Source: Macrostomum lignano
Lineage: Eukaryota
Assembly (NCBI GenBank): GCA_002269645.1
Contig: NIVC01000163.1
Location: 310,001 to 374,000 of the forward strand
Direction: 5' to 3'
Length of the DNA stretch: 64,000 nucleotides
This document shows, in pieces, positions 49,151-61,085 of this stretch; within the stretch, counting starts at the first letter, position 1; every line of letters starts with the position of its first letter. The notes below the pieces were generated by a model. That model searched no databases. It saw only the letters and a program-made list of their open reading frames with translations, and was not told the DNA's origin. The translations under genes and the position numbers were made by a program.

Positions 49151-50574
49151 CACTGTCACCGGTGTCTATGGACTCGGCACCTCTGAGAAGCTGTGAGGAT
49201 GCTGCAACGACAGTGCTACTGCTGCGCAAAGTACTAGGTACAGTGCAACTAACCGGGGAATGCGGTCAGTCAGTCAACTCAGCGCAGGCCATGTCAATAT
49301 TTTGTTGCAGTCGTCGCGCCCGCTGATAAAATCGTCTGTCGCGTCGTGATCGCTCCATTGTAATTATTTCAGGTTTCTTAATTACTAGCACAGGAAATTC
49401 ATGGAACTTTATTAACAAAGGCTGCTACGGACGCTATGCCTAGTGGGCCAATTCGGGGATGGGACTTTGCTTATACATTTTTGTAAAAGAGGAAATCAAT
49501 GTTAGAATCCCACAGTAGCATGCAGCCTTCAGAAATGTGTGCGATGACAGCATTAAAATGACAATATTTTTATTCTCAGTTTATGTGAACTATGCTCGTA
49601 ATGTAACATACAAAGACGCTCATATGATATATATAAAGATGAGCGGAAAAAATACTGCAAGAGAACAAAACAGGAGCACATTACAGGACATACAATTACA
49701 AGAAAATCTTCATGTCAATTGTCAATTATACACTATGTCTCCCATACCATTTTCAACCCAATCCTGAATTAAAGGCTCTCATCAGCTCTTTTCTCCAGCT
49801 CTTGTCCGGTCGAAGAACCAGAGAAAGAACCGGGCAAAATTCCAGGCAGAAATGTTATTTCATCCGCTTTTACTCTGGATTTCCCTGCGTTACTAAACTG
49901 GTTCCAAACCTGGCAAAGGACTGGGTAAAAAACCAGAGCACTTGTACAGTTTTTCCTCCAGAATTTCGCCTGGTTTAGAAAGGCAGAGAAAAACCGGATA
50001 AATTCGCCTGGTTTATGTTCTTTGCCTGGAAATGGGGCAAAAAACATAGCAAGCCAGAGCAAAACCGGGCGAAAAACCTGATCAGATGGCCACACGGGTA
50101 GTAATTAGTAATACTAGTAATGAAAATAATACAACTAATTCCAAATGCTAAGTAATAATAGTAATTAAGGCAGAATCATAAGTAGCAATTAATTTCTTAA
50201 ATCATAGCCAACAAAGTTGCTATGCTACATATTTTTTGTATTTAAGCTAGGGGCCCTATGGCCATAGTTAAGAAGATAGCCTTTTTAGAAAATTCTAACA
50301 CAAAAAGACATTGAATATGTACTGCACTAATATAATATGGCTCAAATCAAGACAAAAAATCTGCACAATTTGGCACAAGACAAAAACTTCATTGAAAGAA
50401 TATTTTGCAAATAAAAAATTAGCATTTTTAGTTTTCTAGGCTTAGTATATTAATGACACTTTCAATTAAAATATATAAAGCATTATATTTTCTATAAAAC
50501 AGATTCAAATACAAGTTTTATTGGTGTTTTTTAAATGGATAATATTGATTTTTGTGTTATTGTATTTCTTTTAG

Positions 50575-52180
50575 GCCTTTTTTAGTTCAATAGATGGAAT
50601 GGTAGTGAAGGCTTTGTGCTGCTTTATGTGTATATTTATATTTATATAAATAGTGCAAGATTGAAGGGCCTAGGGAGGTGCAAACAGGTAGTGTGGCATG
50701 ATAAGCTATGCCAACCCCCCTGGCTTAGCAAGCCGGCTAGCCTGGTGTACACCTACCCCATCTTAGCTAGACAGAGATTGGGAGGTTCCAGTGTAGCTGC
50801 ACTGATGCTGCCAGTCGTATACAGTCTGGCCGCCACACAGTTCCCTCTAGTACCAAGCTAGGCCTTGAACGTTAGGTGGTAGCCAAGGTAGCGAGAATGC
50901 CAAAGAGTGGGTGCCAAAAGCATTGGAGGTGCTGAAGACTGCAGAGCTGCAGAGGAATGGGTGCCAAAGGCATCAAAGGCCCCAAGGAGTGGGCGCCAAA
51001 ATCAGCTAGGCACTAAAGACAGCAGTGGCGCGCAGCAGGCGCAGAAGTTGGCAAGGGTGCAAGAGGTGGTCACCAAAGGCAGCAGGGCACTAGGTGGAAA
51101 CCGAAGGCAGCAGACTGCCAAAGGCAGCAAAGGCCCGGCCAGACTACACCCAAGGCAACTGACAGTCAGTTGCCATTATGAGCTGTGTCAATGCTCCTGC
51201 ACAGAGGCTGGTGATGTTGGGCTAGCAATAGTGGTGCTAACCCAGAATGAGCTGCAGCATGTGGCAGTTGTTGGTCCAATGTGGGGGCCAAAAGGAGCTA
51301 CCAGGGGCAGGCTGACTGGGCCAATTGTTGCTGCGGGGTACTGCTATGGTTGCTGGGCTACAGTGTATTGCTGTGGTTGCTAGGCTACAGTGCTGCTAGG
51401 CTTTATTATTTTTATTAGAGGCAGAGGGTTGTGTGCACCCTGGCATACTTTAAGTGACATAGGTACACAACTGGCAAGAGGCATTACTGCCCATTTCGCC
51501 AACTCCCCTGAGCAGGCATACAAGCACGTGGATATTTATGCAGGCACATACTCACACAGGAGTGTACAGTGGCCCTAACTTTATATTATTGGCAGGCATA
51601 TACACTTCATTGCACCTTCAAAGGTTGGCTCTCAAGGCCATTAATTGCATGAGCAGAGCCAAGCTGAGATTCCAATTCAGCCCTAAATTAATGTGACTGA
51701 CTGCACTTGGAATCGAGCCTGGGTCGCTGGCACACTAGAGCAGCTGTGCTATTGCTAGGCTACAGCCCCCACTGCGGCTAGGCTACAGTGCTACTGGGCT
51801 ATGGTGCTGCCATTGCAGTCAGCTAAGGCAGTTGGCTGCCAGGACTGCATAGGTCTGACCAAGTAGGCCCAGCATTTTGCTCTAGGAGTTGGGCTTACCA
51901 ATGAGGCAGAAAGCCTTTTTTAGTTCAATAGATGGAATGGCAGTGAAGGCTTTGTGCTGCTTTGTGTGTATATTTATATTTATATAAATAGTGCAAGATT
52001 GAGGGGCCTAGGGAGGTGCAAACAGGTGGCATGATATGATAGGCTATGCCAACTCCCTCCCCCTGGCTTAGCAAGCTAGCTAGCCTAGTGCACACCCATC
52101 CCACCTCAGCTAGACAGAGGTTGGGGGGTTCCAGTGCAGCTACACTGATGTTGCTGGTTGCATATAGTCTGGCCACCACA
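50575..52180. repeat. Diverged direct repeats of about 265 bp (50575-50839 and 51913-52180) enclosing a decayed GC-rich segment
   Basis: Both copies start GCCTTTTTTAGTTCAATAGATGGAATGG and end GTCTGGCCRCCACA. Confidence 0.75.
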
Positions 52181-53705
52181 AACCTATATTTTTTGAAAAA
52201 ATGACAATTTGTTATTATTCCAAATGTAAGTTAGATTTTATAAAAGTTTTTTCTAGTTTATATTTGCTTTGTATTTAAGTTTTCCTTTTCTATATATTGG
52301 GAAGTTATAGGACCTTTATTGAAGTTATTATTTTAATTATTATTCTAATAAGCCTTTTATTATCATATTATTAATTTTTAAGCCTTTTTTGATTGGGTAT
52401 ATTTTTTAATTAATCATATTTGAGACTACATTTGAAATCCTGTTTGAAAAATAAGCTATATTATATAAGGTTTATAAGTATATTGACTTTACAAATTAAA
52501 GTTTTTGAATACCAATATCTGTATTTTTTAAATAGCTTTTTTAAAGTGACTTTGTTATGTTGCATTATATTCATATTGGCATTTTAGATAATTTGCTATT
52601 AACTAATACTATTTAAATGACAATTAATTTGCCAAACAGTGCAAAAATAGATTTAAAAAATCTTTTTTTTTATTTTTTAATGATTTTACAATTTTTAACA
52701 ATTTACAAAATCTTTTTTTTACTTGAAATCAAAGTCCAATTTGAAAAATCTTATTATTGGTTAAATGATGAAAACAGATAAAAACAGAACTCTAGTATTT
52801 GCATTGAAAAGATGTTTCTTATTTCCCATTTGCACTTTGCATATCTCTTGTCTTGTCATTAATCTCTAAATTGTTCTAAATCTTTACTTTTCTTATGTGG
52901 CATGTCCTTTTCTTTTTCTGCATATGTCTCAAACAGTTTTTAAAATTAAAAAAAATTGTTTCTTTTGCAGGATTTGAAATTTTAATTTAAATTTTCAAAG
53001 ATTAATTTCTGTCTAATTTTAGAAATTCAAAAGTAAAATAAAAATCTGGTCTATCTCTAAAACTATTGAGTCAGATGATTCTTAAGAGCAAAAAAATAAT
53101 ATCCAAAGAAAGTCAATGTTCAGAATTTTGGCTTCAATACCTTTGCAGTATTGCATAGACAAACAACACATCTAAAAAAACATTTACTCTAAAAATTATG
53201 CCTTTCTAATTATATTTAACAAGATAGGGTTATTTAGAAAGAGGGGATGGCTCATGTGGATTAAGGACAGAAAAGCACATATCCAATAAAAACAAAAGCA
53301 ACCCCTATATTATGATAAAAATAAAACTTTAGAACAAAAATAGCTATTGGATAAAAAACATCTATTATACAAGTGTATTCTATAATATGTTTCAAGTTTT
53401 TTAGTACCAATCAATGCCTCCTATCAAAAAGCAACAAATATTAGAATAAAAAAATCTGACCTTTTTTACAATCCCCCTATAAGCCTTGAAATCTTAGAAA
53501 TTCTCCCTATAAGCCTTGCTAGCTTTCAATTTCTATTTGGTTTAAGCTAAAAATTTGTAATCTAGTTCTTTTTACATAGGGTAATAGACTTAATTGTCTT
53601 AATTGAGCATCACGTTATTTTTCTATTGCTAAATTTTGGACATTAGACACAGACTAGCATAATTGATTTCATTTGGGGGCCCAATCCCAATTCTATTTAA
53701 TAGTC

Positions 53706-54968
53706 TTATCTCCTGTATAAGTCTTTATGGAAGAATATCTCTACATAGTCTCCCTCCAGGGTCAGGCACTTCTCCGTGTGGTGTCGCCATCTCTCCAGGC
53801 CATACACGTAGAACTTAGCAGGCTGTGCAGCAAGCCACTGTACAGTAGCCTTTTTGGCAGCCTCTTTGTCCTCCTGTTGGACTCCTTTGATTGCTTCCTT
53901 CAGCTTGGGAACCAAAAAAAGTCTTAAGGAGTCTTAATCAGGGTTATATGGAGGATGCTGGAGGATTTCCCAGCAGAAATCTCGCAGGGCTTCACGGCAG
54001 AGCCAAGAAGTGTGGGCTGGTGCATTGTCGTGGTGAAAGAGAATCACACGGTGCTGCTTGCCAGGTCGCTTTTTGGCCAGTTCGGAGTGGAACTTTTGCA
54101 GAAGCGACTCATAATAGGTGGCATTGATGGTCTTCTGGCTTTCCAAGAAGTCCAGCATCGCTACTCCCTCAACATCCCAGAAGATGGTCGCCAAGACCTT
54201 CGCTGCAGACCCTTCTGCATGGAACTTCTTGGGGCCCGCTGAACCTCGTGGCAGCCACTCCTTGGATTGGACCTTGGACTCGGGATTGTACTGAAATATC
54301 CATGTTCCATCCCCAGTAACTAAGCGCTTGTAACTGTTTTCTGAATCAGCGTCCAAGCAGTTCAGCAGGCTGATGGCGCACTCAGTGTGCTGAACCCGGT
54401 GTTTAGGCCGCAACAGCTGCGAGACCTAGCAGGCACTCAGCTTGCTCAGACCAAGACAGTCAATCACAATGGAATGAGCACTGCCATGAGAGATGCCCAC
54501 TTGCTCAGCAATATTGTCTATGTTCACGCACCGATCCTGCTCAAGTACCTGCTGCACAGCTGCCACATTTTCCTTTGTGCGCGATGTTGTGGGCCTTGTC
54601 GACCACTGGGTGTCTTCCATGGACTCTCGGCCTTCCTTAAAAGCCTGAATCCAGCAGTAAATGGTTGGATCTGGTGGAGCAGTGTCCATATAGACCTTCA
54701 AAGTGTCAATGACTTCGGCTGGCCTCCAACCAAGTTTTACAAGAAACTTCACCTTAGTGCAAGCTTCGATTTTTTTATTTTCAGTTGCTGAAAGGGCACA
54801 CTGTGATTAGAGCGTCATCATGCAGAAATCAATCACTTTAGAAGAACCAAAAATCTGTAAAATAAAGAACAAAAGATGTTTTTTTAAAACAAAACCAGTT
54901 GCAGTTCAATACCTCTTATATTTTAGGCGTTACAACAAAATTATCATTTACTTTTTGACTTCCCCTCG
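53706..54968 (-). mobile_element. Degenerate mariner (DD34D) element
   Basis: N-terminal HTH region, TGDGTW (decayed TGDETW), HDNAPAH, and HPPYNPD*APKDFFL. It carries several stops and frameshifts. One TIR survives (minus strand TA|CGAGGGGAAGTCAAAAAGT, ending 54968/TA); the other was not found. Confidence 0.9.
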
Positions 54969-55004
54969 TACAATCAGATTTCCTCTACTCTCCCCAGTTC
55001 ATCA

Positions 55005-56160
55005 CCTTCCCCCCCCCTGATTAGCACCATTCCCCCAAGATTAGCAGCACACTTCTCCAGATTAGCCCCACTTCCCATATTAGCCCTGCTCCCCCAGATT
55101 AGCCCCCACTTCCCCCAGATTAGCCTCACTCCCTATATTAGCCCCACTCCCCATATTAGCCCCTCTCATCTAGTTTAGCACTACTCCTCCAGATTAGCAT
55201 TGCTTCTCCAGATTAGCATTGCTTCTCCAGATTAGCATTACTATTCTTAGATTGGCACTCCGCCCAGTTTAGCACTACTCCCCCATATTAGCTTCACTCC
55301 CCACATTTTAGCCCCACTCTCCCCAGATTACGAGTGTAGCACTACTCCTCCCAGATTATCCCCACTTCCGCAGATTATCCCCAGTTCCGCAGATTAGCAC
55401 TATTTTCCCACTCCCCCTATATCAGATTAGCACCACTTCCCCATATTAGCCTCACTCCCCATATTAGCCCCACTCCCATATTAGCCCCACTCCCATATTA
55501 GCCCCACTCCCCCAGATAAGCCTCACTCCCCCAGATTAGCCATACTTCCCCTAGATTAGCACAACTCCTCCAGGTTAGCACTACCCCTCCCCAGGTTAGC
55601 ACTACTCCCCCAGATTAGCCTCACTCCTCTCAGATTAGCACTACTATTCCCAAATTGACACCACTCCTAAAGTGCCATGGCATTAGGCGGCTACTACTAT
55701 CGCCTCAGAAGTTTGAAGTTAACCCCCCCCCCTCCCAGAAATCGGCAGTTGTCCCCGCAAGCATTCGCCGGTAGCAAGCACCCCTCCTCCAAGGTAGCAA
55801 GTATCCCCCAGATAGCAAGCATCCCCCAGATAGAAAGCAACTACCCCCCCCCCCCAAGATAGCATCCCCCAGATAGAAAGCAACTACCCCCCAAGATAGC
55901 ATCCCCCAGATAGAAAGCAACTACCCCCCAAGATAGCATCCCCCAGATAGAAAGCAACTACCCCCCCAAGATAGCATCCCCCAGATAGAAAGCAACTACC
56001 CCCCCTCAAGATAGCAAGCATACGCCCAAATAAAACAGCAAGCCCCCCCCCCCAATGCAATAGCAAGCATCCCCCAGATAGCACCCCAAGATAACAAGTA
56101 CCCCCCCCCCCTTCCCAAGAGCAAGCCTCTTGCCTCCCCAATATCAAGCATCCCCCAATC
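55005..56160. repeat. C-rich degenerate minisatellites (CCCCAGATTAGC; CCCCAGATAGCA/AAAGCAACTA)
   Basis: Two related arrays, 55005-55660 and 55780-56160. Confidence 0.85.
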
Positions 56161-57523
56161 ATCTAGTGCAGTTATAATGTCTCATCAAATGCAATAATCT
56201 TTTATCCTCTAGAGAAATAATCTGGTTAAATGCATAGCAGTGATAGGCTGCTCAGTGTGCACAGTTAGTGTGCATAGCTGGGTGAAATCTATAAATGGAA
56301 ATTATCTATGCAGTCCGCCACTCAGTCATAATGTACACACGCAGCCGCTGAGCATTATTTTCATTGCAGTCAGTATTGAGGTCTACATAGTGCAAAGTTG
56401 TGGCGCAATCATTTTTGGAATTCCGCCAGTCAAGAATTCAACCTGGTATGACCTCCCATTAAAAGCATTGTTTTTTCGAATATTTTATTCCTTTGGAGCA
56501 TTGGAGCAGATACAGGAAATTTTAACTGTCTTCTTTCCATATAATTACAGACCTTTCAGTGAAAACGCGAGCAAAATTGGTTTAGGCCTTCAGTCCTCTG
56601 TAGATCGAAATGCTTTGGTTACATGTAGCTAAAATTCTCGGCGGGTGAAAGGAGCTATGAACGTACATAATTATTGTAAACCCTAAAAAATTTCAATAAT
56701 CTTAAAATGCACTGGCTGGTATACATCTCTCCAGAGTGCATGCGCAATGCTTGGCCTACTGCCTTCTCATAAAAAGTGCAGAGTCAATTAGAATTCAGCC
56801 TGTCAAGAATTCAACCTCGTTTGATCTCCCATCGAAAGCATTGGGAAGACTCGTATTTCAAATATTTATACCTTTAGCATTAAAGCAGATACAATAATCC
56901 TTGGTTGATTTGAAATTAAAAAGAAGAAGAGAAGAAGATAGAGAAGATCAGAAGATAGAGATAGAGATTAATGCAAAATTACATATTAAAGTTGTGCTTT
57001 TACTTTCAAAATGTCACATAGGAAATACGCCAAGTTTACTTATCTATGAACTTATCTATCAAAATTCTTATCTTATCTATAAACCTATCTATAAACCAAA
57101 CTTATCTATAAACCAAATTTATTACTTTGTCTAGCCAAAGCATTATTATCGAGATACTTTGAAATTCTACCATTTACCGGTATGTGATATAATTTGCTAT
57201 AAATGTTTTTTGCTATGTCAAATCATCATTCAGATTGAGTTTTAATGATGTGCTTTTCATTTGCAAAAAAGTACTATATCAGACTAAGACAGCCTTTTTA
57301 TACAATTAATGCCAGCTTGGTCTTGGTGTGACTGTCAACCATTTCTTGGAATTTATTGGAAACAATTACAAAGCCACCAGGTGCCAGTGTGCTACACCAT
57401 GGCAACTGGCATAGTAACAGCGCTGACATCAACTGGTTGATAATTTCTGAACTCTTGAGTTTCTCTTGCTCAACCAATCTTGCTGGTTAAATTATATTTT
57501 GATAAGAAAAAAGAATCGAAAAA

Positions 57524-60379
57524 ATGTCTACACCAGCTTCAAAGCCGAATCTGCCGCTGCGTAAAATAGCACCTCGCGTCATTGCGCCGAGGCCTACCTC
57601 GCGTCCGGCACCGCCGCCGCCTGTGAAACTGCCTCCAGTTAGTGCTAAGCCTCAGCAGCAACAGAAGCCTGCTGCGGTACCGCAGCCACAACAGCAGCCA
57701 TTGCAACATCAGTTTCAATACTCCGCCCCTGTAGCTATAAATGGGGCAGGTATTCATCATCAACAGCAGCAGCAGCAACAGCAGCAATTGTTGCTATCGC
57801 ATCACAATTCTTTACCGACTTGTCTTGCATTCTCAGCTGCTCCCGGAGGCGGTCAAATCCTCACCGCTCTACCAACCGCCCTGTCTGCCAGTCAGTCGCT
57901 GATGGCCGCTCCAGTATCTACGGGCGCTAATAGCACTGCAGTCTTTCCACCGAAGCGTAAACTCACTGGCGCCGCTGCCGCTTCTGTTGCGCGTAAACAA
58001 CAGCAGATGCTCATGCAACAGCAGCAGCAGTTCATTTATCAACAGACTCAGCAACAGCAGGTGTTATTCTCGGCTATGCCAGTAGTGTCGTCCAATTCGT
58101 TTCACGGTCAGACGTTTTATCAAACAACGCTGACGCATAGCCGATCGGAGGAGTGCTATACTACAGTGACAACTAGCTCTGGTGGAGGTGCAACCGGAGG
58201 TGCGCAGGATCTGCTAATGCTAGCCTGTCAAGAGGCTGGTCTAGAATTCGACTTCAACTTGCAGCAGCAGACAGCGACAATGACAGCGGAAAATGCTAAT
58301 GGTTCTGATCAGTTGTCTGCTTCAGAACCTTCTGCTGCTTCTGCTTCGCCTGTGCTAGCTCCCGCTCCGCCATTGCCAGATGCTGCCGTTGCCACTTCAG
58401 CTGCCTCGTCGGCTGTTTCGGCAATTCCAGCTGACGTAGTCAACGACGACGGTGAGGGTCACGAATCGTTTCTCCGGGAACTGGGCCTCTTGGACTTGCC
58501 AGACGCTGCTGCTGTATTCGAATGCCCCAACACTGCACTGTTAGACCAGTCGCAGCAGGAGCAGCAACAACAACAGCAAATGCCAGATACCGCTAGCCAG
58601 CAAGCGGAAGAAGCAGCAGAATCGTGCATATTAGACGACGCTTTTGCCGCGTGTATTTTGGACAAGGTTGGACAGCAGCAACAACCGCAACAGGAGCAAG
58701 ATGTTGTTGAAGATCCCGACACCGAATTACTACTAGAAGAAGCGGCAGCGGAAGCAGCGGCTGCTATAGCACTTTCGCCTACTTGGCCAGCGGATGTTGG
58801 CGACTCTTGTCAATCCTTGCTAGACGAGATGATGTCTTGCGGTCCGCCTCCTGAGCATCCGACAAGTTCAAATGTAGCGGAGACTGCAGTTGCAAGTTCA
58901 GCATTGGCTAGTGCTAGTAACGGTGCAGGTCAACTGGCGGATACAGGTGGTCAGTCATCAGCATCTACTGAGCCTGTTGGTGCCGAATCAAATGAGGATG
59001 CTGCTGCCGGACTTATGCTGCCTACTCTAGCGGAACCTCAGCCAGATACTAAGTCAGCGCCTAAGCAAGTTGAATCGACTGCGGAAGTTACAATAAAACC
59101 GGCGGAGTTGCCTGCTGACATTGGTGCTGATAGAACTAACAGTGCAACCGATGAAGTCAGTAATATTGAGAATAAATATCCTAGGGATATTGTCAAAACT
59201 GTAAAGCCAACCTCTACCGTTGATCAGGATCTTGAATTGCCCCTAGCAGTCGAGACAAATTATAAAGACGCATCGCCTAGCAAATCACCGCCATTGTCGT
59301 TGGATTCTAAAAAAGCAACAACGCCAACCGGTTCATCAGTGCACAATGGCGATAATCTTTTCAAACGATTGCGACAAGACTCGACAAGATCTGAAGAGAG
59401 TCGCGTTAACTCAGTACAGTGCAGTCCTGTCAAAGAGGCTTCACCCTGTAAAAAGTCTGCTGTTAGTCAACCGGATATTTTCGAATTCAAAAAAGAGGAA
59501 CAGCGTCTTCCAGTGGTACTTGCATCGCCAAATTTGAAATCGGAGTCTAACGGCCTTAGCAACGGAGCAGACGCTAGCAACGCGGCCAAAACGGTATCTT
59601 TATTAACTGGTACACCTTGTGTAGTAACAGACTCAGTTCCATCAGCTGTTCTTGACGACACTAAACCTGAAGAAAAATTGTTGGTCTCGAAATGCAAAAT
59701 CGAATCGTCAATATCGCCGCTAAAATCGAAATCGAAACGATCAAAAAAGCATCGCCAGCATCACGACTCGAATGTTCGACAACAGAACAGCAAGGAGCAG
59801 ACTGAGCCGGCGGTTGTCGCTTCGGACGAATCGCCGCAGAAATTGCCCAGTCTAAAGATCACTATCAAGCGACCATTCGCTCAGCAACTACAAAATGATG
59901 AGGATAAGGAAAAGGAGAAACTTACCATTGAACAGGCGCCACAGCCGCCAGCCGTTCCCGTCGCAGGCGAAGGTGGCGGCCTGAAGCTGCGCTTGAATTT
60001 GAAATCGCTGGGCGTTAATCTGCAGTCTCCGCCGCCTCCTCAGCGACCGATGCCGAGCGAGCATCTTCAACCAACGTCTCCGTCTTCTTTGTCTTCTTCA
60101 GCTTCGACTAGCTCGCCGCCTCCACCGCGTTGCTATAGCAACGATTCTGTTGATCCTCATTCGTCGTCGACGAAAAAACGACGTCACAATCACAGCAAGC
60201 AGCACCGACATCGGCGTGAGAAAACTTCCTCCTCATCTGGGGACACTCCGCCGCCGCCTTCGGCTCAGTCAACAACAGCCAGTCGGTCTGACGCAACCGC
60301 CGAGGCGTCTTCGGTGGAGCCTTCTGTAAAAATTGCCCGTTTAACATTGCGTCTGCCGCTAAGACAGCCAGCCTCCTAA
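57524..60379 (+). CDS. Single-exon 951-aa low-complexity (Q/P/S/acidic) predicted disordered nuclear protein
   Basis: A 2856-nt ATG-to-TAA ORF in AT-rich flanks, with polyQ tracts, an acidic middle, basic NLS-like clusters (PPKRK, KSKSKRSKKHR, KKRRHNHSKQHRHRREK) and no globular domain recognised. Confidence 0.85.
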   Translation: MSTPASKPNLPLRKIAPRVIAPRPTSRPAPPPPVKLPPVSAKPQQQQKPAAVPQPQQQPLQHQFQYSAPVAINGAGIHHQQQQQQQQQLLLSHHNSLPTCLAFSAAPGGGQILTALPTALSASQSLMAAPVSTGANSTAVFPPKRKLTGAAAASVARKQQQMLMQQQQQFIYQQTQQQQVLFSAMPVVSSNSFHGQTFYQTTLTHSRSEECYTTVTTSSGGGATGGAQDLLMLACQEAGLEFDFNLQQQTATMTAENANGSDQLSASEPSAASASPVLAPAPPLPDAAVATSAASSAVSAIPADVVNDDGEGHESFLRELGLLDLPDAAAVFECPNTALLDQSQQEQQQQQQMPDTASQQAEEAAESCILDDAFAACILDKVGQQQQPQQEQDVVEDPDTELLLEEAAAEAAAAIALSPTWPADVGDSCQSLLDEMMSCGPPPEHPTSSNVAETAVASSALASASNGAGQLADTGGQSSASTEPVGAESNEDAAAGLMLPTLAEPQPDTKSAPKQVESTAEVTIKPAELPADIGADRTNSATDEVSNIENKYPRDIVKTVKPTSTVDQDLELPLAVETNYKDASPSKSPPLSLDSKKATTPTGSSVHNGDNLFKRLRQDSTRSEESRVNSVQCSPVKEASPCKKSAVSQPDIFEFKKEEQRLPVVLASPNLKSESNGLSNGADASNAAKTVSLLTGTPCVVTDSVPSAVLDDTKPEEKLLVSKCKIESSISPLKSKSKRSKKHRQHHDSNVRQQNSKEQTEPAVVASDESPQKLPSLKITIKRPFAQQLQNDEDKEKEKLTIEQAPQPPAVPVAGEGGGLKLRLNLKSLGVNLQSPPPPQRPMPSEHLQPTSPSSLSSSASTSSPPPPRCYSNDSVDPHSSSTKKRRHNHSKQHRHRREKTSSSSGDTPPPPSAQSTTASRSDATAEASSVEPSVKIARLTLRLPLRQPAS

Positions 60380-60764
60380 ATCAAATTTTTATTATGGCAC
60401 GGCATTAACTTGTAGGTTTCAGTTTTTCTGCTTTAAATTGTATGTCGCAGCTGCATAGTTGAAGTTTCTAGTAAAGCTAAAAGGTATCTATTAATATTGA
60501 TGGTATAATATTTTATATTAATTACCTTTAATCCTTCGTTGCAGCTGTGTACAAACAATCCACATTTTTTGTACTTTTAATTTGTCGCTTTCGCACCGCA
60601 ATGCATATATGAGCGCTTGTGCATCGATATAACTTGATCTGTTTTTTTCTCTCCTCTATATAGGCAGCACTCGTTCTCTGCCTTTTGAATTGCTTCTTGT
60701 TTTCTGAACAATTTTTGCTTTGTTATTTCTTAGCTTAATGTATCTGTAAGTTTTTTTGTTAGTC

Positions 60765-61085
60765 CGCTCGCTGCCCCATAAACTGCTTTGATTGATAAGC
60801 CTCCCGCTGCCCCATAAACTGCTTTGATTGATAAGCCTTCCGCTGCCCCATAAACTGCTTTGATTGATAAGCCTCCCGCTGCCCCATAAACTGCTTTGAT
60901 TGATAAGCCTCCCACTGCCCCATAAACTGCTTTGATTGATAATCCTCCCACTGCCCCATAAACTGCTTTGATTGATAAGCCTCCCGCTACCCCATAAACT
61001 CCTTTGATTGATAAGCCTCCCACTGCCCCATAAACTGCTTTGATTGATAAGCCTCCCACTGCCCATAAACTCCTTTGATAAGCCT
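60765..61085. repeat. 36-bp minisatellite (CCCGCTGCCCCATAAACTGCTTTGATTGATAAGCCT)
   Basis: About 8-9 tandem copies downstream of the 951-aa ORF. Confidence 0.9.

Larger units (their letters stand above)
34392..50098 (-). mobile_element. EnSpm/CACTA(CMC)-like DNA transposon, defective, about 4.3 kb without its nested insertions
   Basis: TIR of about 35 bp, CCCGTGTGGCCATCTGATCAGGTTTTTYGCCCGGT, at both ends, flanked by TA (34390-34391 and 50099-50100). It has subterminal repeats and internal minus-strand transposase-like and BEN-like ORFs. Confidence 0.82.
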
